This document shows, in pieces, positions 19,930-30,221 of a DNA stretch of 56,129 nucleotides. A model generated the notes under the pieces. It saw only the letters and a program-made list of their open reading frames with translations. It made no database searches and was not told where the DNA came from. The first letter of the stretch is position 1. Every line of letters starts with the position of its first letter. This DNA comes from Alloascoidea hylecoeti (lineage: Eukaryota). The stretch spans positions 1,769,389 through 1,825,517 of the forward strand of contig BCKZ01000001.1 of NCBI GenBank assembly GCA_001600815.1. Direction: 5' to 3'. The position numbers were made by a program, and so were the translations under genes.

Positions 19930-22896
19930 ATGCCACCTCCAAACATTTCGCTCAACTCTCCGGGGGAACCCCATTCTCCGTTCGAAGTGTCGTATTCCCA
20001 GGCGGCGGCCAGATTTTTGCCGTCCCAATTGCTCATCGGCTCACCCTTTTTGGCTTCCATCCCACCAACTCCTGGGTCTGTTTTATCACCATTTCATTCT
20101 TCATCGCACCCCCTGGCGATGGCCATGGCGTCCGCCTATCCTCCGTCCCCTTACCGTCCGTCCTACGTTCTTGCTCGAGAAAGAGCGGGGCCCCGGACTA
20201 GAGAACGGGAACGTGGACAAGCACAGGAACAGGAACATGGACATGGACGGATCTTATATTTTGGAAATCTCCCATCCCAAATCACCCCATCTGATGTTAT
20301 TAACACAATCAAATCTGGTCCTCTAGAATCTGTCAAACATGTGCCCGAGAAAAAATGTTGCTTTGTGACTTTTTTAAATCAGAATGATGCAGAAAGATGT
20401 TACGAGGAAAATTCAAATAGTTTGGAAATCAAGGGTTCCACTATCAAAGTTGGTTGGGGGAAGCAACGCCAACCTGTTCAAAGTTTAAGTCCTATTGCAT
20501 CACGGGCAATTTCTATTTCTTTCGTCCCAATAAATGATAATGATGGTGATGAATCTTTTATTAGAACATGTTTATCGCGTTATGGTGATATTGAATTTTT
20601 AAATATTCAGGAGTCTAATATCAATGGAACTTCAAATTCAGACCCAAATGAAACAGGTGACCATAAAAAAATAGAATTTGTCACTGTTCATTTTTTTTCG
20701 ATTTTCGATGCTATTAAGCTTGTCAAGGATATACCACATGAATTAGGGAATAATGTTCAAGTAAAATTTACCAAGGATCGATGTGATCAAGACTCCAACT
20801 CTAAAAGTCCTAGTTTGAAAAAATCTTCTTTTGGACCGAGGAATACAACAAGAAGAAAAATTAGCGGACTACGAACTCAACGAAGTAGTTTATCTAATGA
20901 ATATCAAAGTCCGAATCCAAATGAATTTGATTTTGGTTATCCTCCTCCTTCTGGGTATAATAATAATAATTTAATGTCTGCTCTTTCTGAACAAAATTAT
21001 GCTGCTGCTGCAGTAGCAACTGCTGCTGGTGGTCTTTCAAATTTAGGTAATAGAACTGTTTATCTTGGTAACCTTCCTTCTTCAACAACAACTGAAGAAA
21101 TCTGTAATGTGGTTCGAGGTGGCTTATTACAGACCATTCGATATATGCCGATAAAACATATTTGTTTTTTAACATTTATTGATCCTTCGTGTGCTGCTCA
21201 ATTTTTTGCAACTGGAAATCTTCAAGGTTTAATATTAAAGGGTAAAAAAGTGAAAGTCGGTTGGGGGAAACATTCTGGTGATGTGCCTAATAATATTGCT
21301 TTAGCTGTAACTGCTGGTGCAAGTAGAAATGTTTATATTGGCTTAAAAGAGCCCGATGAATTACCGGCTTCAACTGAAAATGAAGAAGAACCGGAATATA
21401 TTAAATTACTAAAAGAAGACTACCTTAGATCAAATTTTCAACATTATGGTGAAATTGAACAAATTAATTTTTTTAAAAATAAAACAGTTGCTTTTATAAA
21501 TTTCACAAACATTTCAAATTCAATTAGAGTTGTTGAAGATTATAATAATAATTTTTTAAAATGCCCTTCTAATGTTAAAGATGTTCTGCAAAATTATTCA
21601 AAATTTTTTAAAATAAATTATGGAAAGGATAGATGTGGGAATCCTCCAAGATCTTCAAAGAAAAAATTTAAACAACAATATGATTATAATTATGAAAAGG
21701 AAAGAAAAGGAAGTGAAATTGAGATTGAGATTGACAATGAAGATTTTGGTGATTATTCTGAAGATGAGGTTGATGATCATAAAGATAATCATGAACAAAT
21801 AAATGGAGATGAAAATGAAATAAATAATAATGCATCTAAATTAGAAACTAACGTAAGTGAAACTAAGAATGAAAATGAAGAAGAAGAAAAGAGAAATGCC
21901 GGTGGTTCCAATGAACAGGTTAAAAGTGGGAAAATGATAGGATTAGGAATGGGTATAACATCATTGATATCAAAATCAAAAGCAGAATCTAGTTCGCAAA
22001 AATCAAGTACTGTTATTCCTACTTCAACTACTACTTCTAATACTTCTACCTCTTCATCTGTGTCAGCAACTCCTCGGATACCTCACGCCCCAAACCTAAA
22101 CAAATCCTATCCTTCGAAATTCTATAGTATGAATTCTGATACATCATCTCCCTTCGCATCTACTTCCTCTCTTTCTTATCATCAAAGTCATAATCATGGA
22201 CATGATTATCATCCTCCTTTCCCAAATAGCAAGAAGCATTCTTCCTACTCTACTAGTGGGTCTCAGGTAATGGCGCAATATCTTGCGCAAACACAGCATG
22301 ATAATTTATTATATGCAGCTGCTGTGTTTAATGGTGGTGAAGGGCCAATGAATTATCAGCCTTATAATATGGGTGATTCATTGAATAATTCAGAATATGA
22401 ATATGATGCTGATCAGAATGATTATGATAATGGATATGAACGAAGTTATGATGGCCGTGAAGAATATTCAAGACCAAAAGCTAAACAGAAACGACCTGTT
22501 GATTTGGATTTGGAAGATGATGAAGCTCAAGTATATAGAGATGAATATGGTTATGATTATCCTGTTCAACAGGTAGCATATTACTCCAACCCAGCATTAC
22601 AATATCCTCAAGTTCAATATTCACAATATCAACTTCAACAGCTATCACCACAATTACCACAAATATCTCAATTGCAACTTCAACAAGTACAATATCCAAG
22701 ATTAAGTCAGGTTCCACAAATGCCTCTATTTCAATTACAGCAAGTTCCACTTCAACGTTTATATAATAAACAGAAAGAACGGGTACGACAAGCAAGTGTA
22801 AACAGTACAACTGGTGTTAAAAATCAGACTGGTTCTGGTTCTGGAAAGAAGAAAGATAAAATAAATTTAGATAAGGGATTGGGAAGTAAACAGTAA
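19930..22896 (+). CDS. MRN1: Multi-RRM RNA-binding protein (Mrn1 / S. pombe Nrd1 family), ~988 aa
   Basis: Two RRM pairs with RTVYLGNL...VRGG.L..I......HICFLTF.DP...AQF...KVGWGK and GASRNVYIG...YGKDRCGNPP. Acidic, Ser-rich and Gln-rich tail. Start chosen at MPPPN (19930) because the ORF upstream overlaps GPI12. Confidence 0.85.
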   Translation: MPPPNISLNSPGEPHSPFEVSYSQAAARFLPSQLLIGSPFLASIPPTPGSVLSPFHSSSHPLAMAMASAYPPSPYRPSYVLARERAGPRTRERERGQAQEQEHGHGRILYFGNLPSQITPSDVINTIKSGPLESVKHVPEKKCCFVTFLNQNDAERCYEENSNSLEIKGSTIKVGWGKQRQPVQSLSPIASRAISISFVPINDNDGDESFIRTCLSRYGDIEFLNIQESNINGTSNSDPNETGDHKKIEFVTVHFFSIFDAIKLVKDIPHELGNNVQVKFTKDRCDQDSNSKSPSLKKSSFGPRNTTRRKISGLRTQRSSLSNEYQSPNPNEFDFGYPPPSGYNNNNLMSALSEQNYAAAAVATAAGGLSNLGNRTVYLGNLPSSTTTEEICNVVRGGLLQTIRYMPIKHICFLTFIDPSCAAQFFATGNLQGLILKGKKVKVGWGKHSGDVPNNIALAVTAGASRNVYIGLKEPDELPASTENEEEPEYIKLLKEDYLRSNFQHYGEIEQINFFKNKTVAFINFTNISNSIRVVEDYNNNFLKCPSNVKDVLQNYSKFFKINYGKDRCGNPPRSSKKKFKQQYDYNYEKERKGSEIEIEIDNEDFGDYSEDEVDDHKDNHEQINGDENEINNNASKLETNVSETKNENEEEEKRNAGGSNEQVKSGKMIGLGMGITSLISKSKAESSSQKSSTVIPTSTTTSNTSTSSSVSATPRIPHAPNLNKSYPSKFYSMNSDTSSPFASTSSLSYHQSHNHGHDYHPPFPNSKKHSSYSTSGSQVMAQYLAQTQHDNLLYAAAVFNGGEGPMNYQPYNMGDSLNNSEYEYDADQNDYDNGYERSYDGREEYSRPKAKQKRPVDLDLEDDEAQVYRDEYGYDYPVQQVAYYSNPALQYPQVQYSQYQLQQLSPQLPQISQLQLQQVQYPRLSQVPQMPLFQLQQVPLQRLYNKQKERVRQASVNSTTGVKNQTGSGSGKKKDKINLDKGLGSKQ

Positions 22897-23361
22897 ATTA
22901 GAAACAGTAGACGACTACAATACTCGAAACAATGATATATTTCAAAGTATTAAGCATAGATAAAAACTGGGACAAAGATATCAAAAGAAATACAAAATGG
23001 GATTGATTATCAATGGTATCATTATAGTTATTTTATAAATAAATTTATTTTTCTTTCTTTCTTTCTTTCTTTTTGTTTGCCAAAAGTTCTTTCGCTCATT
23101 CAAAATTTTGATTTTTTTTTTTTTGGCGATTTATTTTATTAATATTCGATAATACTAATTATTTATATTTGATTATGTCTTATTTTAAATTTTTAAAATT
23201 ATTATTATTTTTTTTGTTAGTTTTAGTTTTTGAATTTATATTGCAATTGGTATATTAATTAAAAAAAATATTATTAAAATGTTCAAATCTTAAGTTCGTT
23301 TTTTGTCTTAATAGAAAATATATAATTATCAGCTCTCTGTTTTTGTTCTTTTAATCTGTTT

Positions 23362-23386
23362 CCCCCCCCCCCCCCCCCCCCCCCCC
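23362..23386. repeat. Poly-C/poly-G tract (25 nt)
   Basis: 25 consecutive C residues in AT-rich intergenic DNA. Confidence 0.95.
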
Positions 23387-26036
23387 ATTTGAACAAAATA
23401 TTCAGCCATAATAATCACCAACTCCCTAATTACATACATAACTAATAAATTGATAGTTGACCTGTTATGCCTGTAGGGATTCAAAGCTGATCATATGACT
23501 GTCAGATTGTTATAAATTAATTATATATTTCTGTATAGTTAAAAATTAATAGAAATAAGAGACAAAATTTTCTCTTGATTCTGTACACTTTTTTTTTAAA
23601 TATATTACAAGTTACCTCTGGCTTAATTACCAAACTAATGATACTCTAGAATATATCAAACTAACTGGTGGAATGCTAAAGTTATCTAGATCTATGCGAG
23701 AACCCAGTGGCCTAATAAGAGAATTACAAGAAAGTCTAATGATAAGTACTACATATATTTAAGTTATATGGAATGCATGGAGTTATATTAATATTATAAT
23801 GCTGAAATTGATTCACATTAAATCCAATTTTGGGCTTTGAATATTCGTATGATGTTGGCCTATAAGACTTCTGGAAGTAGATTCGACTATGCGTCTCGTA
23901 TACTTTATTATTATCGTGTGTTAATTTCCTCTCTATTTCTACATATGCATATTAAATAACTAGAGCGACCATCGACAGAACCAATCTATCCCAGAGCAAA
24001 AGATATGGTTATATATCTAAAATAATTCAAAATCATATCGAGGACCGTCGCTAAATACAATTAGCCAACTCCGCTTTTTTTGGAAAGTTGCAACATGATA
24101 CTTCGAATTCAATAATTTTAAAAATAAATCCTTATTCATTAGATAATGATTAGTATGTGGCCTTATAACATCTCTCAAACAATCACTTCTTCAATTTGCA
24201 ATTGTCGTAATATATTTATATATAATTATAGCTTGGGAGAAAATAGGACTTTCACATATAACTTATATTATATAGGCAGTATTAAGCTCGAGCGCTCTAA
24301 TTATAAAATCAATATTGATAAGGAAATTAAAGTAGGATATGAAGCCTTTTTGCAATATAAAAATAAAACTATACCACTCAAACATTGTTCATGTTAATTG
24401 ATAATGAACCAGAAACTATTTCGCATTTCGGAGAAAATAAAGGAAATGGTATAGGAGTCGAAAGATATTCTATTATCGATATAAGTGAATGTTTACCTGT
24501 GTATATCCAAGCTTGCAATTAGAATTGCAATTGGTTAAGTAAATATACATTGTATGGAATTGTATAATTTATTTTATGAAAACTGAAATTATCAAGCCTA
24601 TAATTATGTATGTGTAAGATATCAGTTATAATGTTTAATTGTGTATACTAGCTACAAACGAACACAACCTACCGGTATAGGTACAACGAAATTCTTGACT
24701 TTAACGTTAATATTGCATTATAATATTAATAATCTAAAACTCAGAAACGAGAATTAAAATTTAAAACAACTCTTGCACACATAATTGTACAACATACTAA
24801 ATTAAATGCAAGATGGTCTGAATTGTTTTCGTAATGTACCTCTTAAATATAATTATAAGTAGTAGCTAGGACTCATTCAACCTCATTGATACCTTTTATC
24901 ATATGCGATCGTGTTTATCTTCCTTCGAAAGTTACACCAGATTCCAGAATATGTGATTCAGTATCTGCATATACGTGCTGATCAAAATATAAAAAATATG
25001 ACGATATATAAATTTTATATCAATATTAAGTTATTAACATTCGGCATAATGTCTCTAAAATATTGATGGTTCTAATTTCTCTAATTACATAAATACTGTT
25101 ATTTATAAAACTTTAAATTTAAGGCTAACTAGTATATAATACTATATATAAAGCTTATATAATGTCGTTTATTATATGCATATACATTTTTATAACATAT
25201 AGGCCAAATACAATATTAATTGCAATGCTTGGTTTTATGATTTTAAACTTGTGTGTTAATTAATTATAAATATTTAAATTTATGAGCTTATATATCGATA
25301 TCTATATAGCTAGCTATAACTAGCGCTAATAAAATATCATCTCTGTCTGAAATCTAGATCGATATAAATATCTATAATCAATAGACTTTTCTATAACAGC
25401 ATACATGTAATGCCTATGACATTAATTTTGTATTATCATCATTATATTATTTATTACTTTTCTGAGAATGTCTTGATCTAATAATCGTACTTATACGATT
25501 GGGACGGATCGTTATAATTATAAATGTTCTCATGTGCGTGTGTCGTAGATATCTGGACCTTAGTGCCTTTAAATAGTAGAAATCTCTCCCTCTAATACAA
25601 TTGTAAGTTACTCTTCAATCTTAAACCCACTATATCCCTACAGTTACCTATATATACGTATATGTAGAAATCTGAACCTGAACCTGAATAATGAAATATG
25701 AAATCGTCACAACACATATAAAATATATTCAGGCGGGAGGTCAATGATTAATTAAATAAATCGCGTGTGAACTTCCATTTTGGTTTGTTTTTGTATCTTT
25801 AAAGGAAATTAAATTATATAAACGTTCACTTTCTGATCTTAGAACTATAGAAGTTCTTATAATTATAAAGTCCAGTTATAAGCCAGATTTGAACAACATA
25901 AGTCAATACCAATCCACATCATACTAGTAATCCAATGAGCCCAACTGCAAAGTCAAGGGGTAAAAGTAGGAGGATTAGATATAGGAAGAGTCTACAATTA
26001 TTGCAATTGGCTAAGGTAAACCTGAAAAACGGTCCA

Positions 26037-28058
26037 ATGGGTGTATGTTTAATGATAGGAAGGATGTAGTGATCAACTTTCTAACAAAATCTCTCTTTTT
26101 CATTATAGTCGATATTGTCAAGAATGACCTCTGATAGGCCGGCAAAATGTCCTGAGACTACACAATCTCCGGATTATACGGTTAGCGAGACAGATTTATA
26201 TAAGGAAGCAACAATTTCCATCCCGGTTCTAGGGTCGAAGATCAAAAATGGCCAGGGTATAATGGGAATATTAACAAGTCCAAGGTCCCCGTCAAAGGGT
26301 AAGGCACAGGCAGTTATTTTAGCTCATGGTTTTGCTGGCCACAAATCATACTGCTATTTGGCCATTTTGGCGAGACAATTGGCGGCCGTTTTGGGAGTTT
26401 ATGTCTTTAGGTTTGACTTTAGAGGATGTGGAGATTCGGAGGACAACAATAATCCGGAGGTCGGGCGCATTATTTCGCAGGACATTGAGGATGTCAATAT
26501 TGTATTTACCTATTTAGAGGGAAAAGATTTTGAAATTTTGGCAATTGCTGGTCATTCTAGAGGTGTGCTTGCAATGTTTCAATGGGCCTCACAAAGAGCA
26601 CTTGAACAAAAAAGCGTCCCATCCTTAATCAACTGCGCTGGACGATATAGAACCGAATTGATTCTTGATAAGTTCAATAAACCATATAGTGACTTATATA
26701 AAGCAGCCGAAGATCCTAAGAACAGATATGATGTTAGCTACTTTAGATTTGGAAAGGTAACAAAAATTGAAATTCCATTTTCTGAAACGGTGGATTTGGC
26801 CAGACAGGACATGACAAGACTAAATGAGATAATTCCTCGAAATGTTCAGATTTTGACTATTCATGGAATTGAAGACAAGGTTGTCTCTCCTATTGATGCT
26901 TCTATGTATGCTAATGAATTTGGTGACCGTCATACTCTGAAGTTAATTCCCCATGCTGATCATAATTACTACAGCGCTACTATTACACGCTCAAATCGTG
27001 ATATAATCAATCCACTCAATTTACCTCTTAACTCAAAGAAGACTAAAGTGAATTATAACTTCCTCGTTTCAGAAACTATTACAGAGTGGATTTCAAGTAA
27101 GAATCAACAGAGATTATTCTTGAAGGTTTCTAAGACAATTACTTCTTTACCTCGTTGGATGTCTGTTGAAGGAGTTCATAATTTTAGAGATGGGGGTGGG
27201 TGGCCAATTGAGCCTTCGAAATGTCCAGATGGCGTGAAAAGGTTCGTCAAACCAAGAAAGATTTTCAGATCTGCTGAACTTGGTAAGATAACCGAGGCTG
27301 GAAAGAAAGAGATGCAAAACTTAGGAATCACTGCTATTTTTGATTTTAGGTCTGATAACGAAAGAAGTGCACATTTTATACCTGATATTCCGGGAATAGA
27401 AAATATACATTGTCCTACTTTTAATAATATCAGTTTAACACCAGAAAATATTGCTCTACGGCATAAGAATATGTTAAGAGATGCCGAATCCTTCAAAGAT
27501 GCTTATGAAGAATTTATTGATAATGGAAATGAATGTTTTGCAACTGTCCTGCGTCATCTGAGAGATCACCCAGATGCTGTTATTCTTTATCATTGTGCGA
27601 TTGGTAAAGACAGAACCGGGTCAATGAGTATGCTTCTTTTACTTTTATGTGGAGTTGATAAACACACAATTTCTAGAGAATATGAATTGACCGCAACTGG
27701 AATAAAGCCTTTGATTGGTCCACTAAGAAGTGTTTTCACAAAAGAATTGGATAGTTTTGTAAATGCATTTAACGAACCAGGAAAGGAAAAACCAACAGTT
27801 GAAAGTTTAGCGAAAGATCTCTCTGCTGGTGACCCTAATTGGAAATTGGAAGTTGATGGTTTTAATAACTTCATGTCTTCCAAATACGAAGTTATGTTAC
27901 ATACTATTGAAGATGTAATTGATAAAAAATATGGTGGAATAGAAGGTTACTTAGTTAATCACTGTGGATTTACAAAAGAAGATTTAGATATTATAAGATC
28001 AAATTTAATTTCCGATGAATATTCACTATTCAACAATAAACAGTGCGTCAAACTGTAA
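26037..28058 (+). CDS. Alpha/beta-hydrolase + protein-tyrosine/lipid phosphatase (Y_phosphatase3-like) fusion, ~651 aa (685 aa from the upstream ATG at 25935)
   Basis: Intron 26043-26108 (GTATGT..TCTAAC..TAG) gives the start MG|SILSR. Hydrolase motifs HGFAGH, FRFDFRGCGDS, GHSRG, HGIEDKVV and HADHNY. Phosphatase motifs NFRDGGG, FRSA, DFRS and the P-loop HCAIGKDRTG (Cx5R). Confidence 0.88.
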
Positions 28059-28096
28059 TATCGATGAAGTGGATTCTTATATTACGTACATACCTT

Positions 28097-28139
28097 TATA
28101 ATTAATAGGATATAATATTAATAGGATATAATATTAATA
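28097..28139 (+). repeat. 16-bp tandem repeat (TATAATATTAATAGGA, ~2.5 copies) in the 3' flank
   Basis: attaatagga tataatattaatagga tataatattaata, read directly. Confidence 0.7.
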
Positions 28140-28572
28140 TAAAATATACAAAAGAAAAAATTAGCTTACAGCTCATATTATAAATCGATTAGGGAAGAAA
28201 CCTCTACAACTAAGCTTAATAGTGTTCATTTATTATCCATCGTTTACTACATTTGCAATATTATGTGTGATAACAGTAAATTAATTATAAAGTGAGCACC
28301 AATTCCAAGATATCATTATAATTATAGTTCTGTAAATTCTGAAATCAAATTACATTAAAACTTATACGTTTACATTTTTCTTAAACCTGTCCCAGCCTAT
28401 GTGAGCCATATCTAACCCTGACTGTGGAGGCAACAGTCCTAATTAAACAAGATGAATACATATGCATTAATATCGATGTAAATATTAATATATTAGATCT
28501 AGAGCAGTAAAATCAACGTTGACATGCAGAATATTGATTATTAGTTCTACCTTATCTAATAACAAAAAATTA

Positions 28573-30221
28573 TTATTGATCCCGCAGGGCATTATCTGGA
28601 TTTAGCTGAATCAAATGTTTGAAGAATCTCGGAACTTCAGGAAAACCTTTGACAATAGATAAGATCGATAGCTCGGTGTTTGTTCTAAATTCATCACCTA
28701 AGACTTCAAATGAATAAAAAGGTGTCTTTATCCCCAATTCCGGTAATGGATTATTCGAGATATTATGATGCTCTTTAACACCACCAAGCCAAGAATGAAG
28801 TGGTAAAGTGGAGCCAATACGCTTGTTTTCTTGAAGAGTAACAGAGATGCAATATTGAAGAATTAGTTGAATGTAACCTTTGAAATATTTTTCAAGTTTA
28901 ATTATTTCAGGATCATTCAAATTTAAATGAGCCAATCGCTTTTCTGAATCATCGGTAACTAATGTTAGAGTATTATCAGATTTCTCACTCAGTTCCTTGA
29001 AGTATCTCATAAGCGTGTCACCTAGATTAGAAATCTCATGATCAGATAGTGATGAAGATCTGCTAGTAATATCTTCATTCTGTAATTGATTATAATTAAG
29101 ATAGAAGGTTTTGCTTGAGCTTATAATCCGGATGTTAAACAAACATTTTAGTTTCAAAATTAAAATTGCCGTAGAAACAACTCCTTTGAGGTAATCCCCG
29201 ACCACGATTTGCTCTAGCATGTAAGAAATACATCTATTTGTGGATTCTATGAACGGAAACAATGTCACATAAATCATTGATATAATATTCTCGGTTTGGG
29301 CCTCCATAGAAAATACAATATTCTCGGGAAGCTCAGATAAAGTATTGAACCTTTCAAATCCTAAATAGTCACTGGTGAGATGCATCTTTAGAATATCATG
29401 AACTCTATAACAATCTAAATGCCACCTCTCTGTTTTTATATCTTTATTAACCTCCACAAATTGTTTTAGAATTGGCAGATTACAACTCTCACATCTATAA
29501 GATTCTGTTGTTGAATAATGGTAATGACAAAATATTTGTGAATGCTTTTCAAAGTATCCTTCATTTTGATCTAATACTCTTTCACAAATGGAACATCTAA
29601 AGTGTTCCAGGTGAAATTTCTTTTTGGAAGTTGAAACATAAGGCCCCTTTAGTGGTTCTTCACATTCATTACATATTAATCCTGACCGAGAATAATAGTG
29701 TTTTTCACACAACGGAACCTCAAGATGGTCGTAAATTTTATAAGGGAAATATTTGAGAGACTCTAGCTGTAGTTTACAATCATAACACTTAAAACATTCA
29801 ATATGATAATAGTTTGATTTTGCCATAACTTTTTTTCCTGATATTGTTTTGTTGCATGCCTTGCATTTTCTATTCTTTGATTTTTTCTGGAAAGGTGAAG
29901 AATGTGATTTGGGATATGACTTAATATATTCAGTCTTCTTCTCTATGTTTGACTCAGGAAATGCGGGAATCAAGAACTGCCATCGCGATATGCCTCTTAT
30001 TTTAGAACTAGATCTGGATTTACGACTATTGGCAGATAGAGCTGAAAGAAACACCAAATAATTGCTGTTAACTACTTATAATTATACTGATATGGTAATT
30101 ACGATCATTTGCTTCAGATGATCATTTGTTTCAGATACTTACGACTTGTTGGATTGATGTGCAGGGACTTTGGGTTTGGTGATCTTGGAGGGGTACAAAG
30201 GTGTATTCTTGATTCACTCAT
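28573..30221 (-). CDS. LIM-domain protein, LRG1/Rga1-like N-terminal half without RhoGAP, 2 exons, ~515 aa
   Basis: Exon 1 is 30221-30143; intron 30142-30042 (GTAAGT..TTAAC..CAG). Two full LIM domains plus CESCNLPILKQFVE...WHLDCY, then the Lrg1-type helical block FIESTNRCISYML...GDYLKGV...LF. Stop at 28573. Confidence 0.8.
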
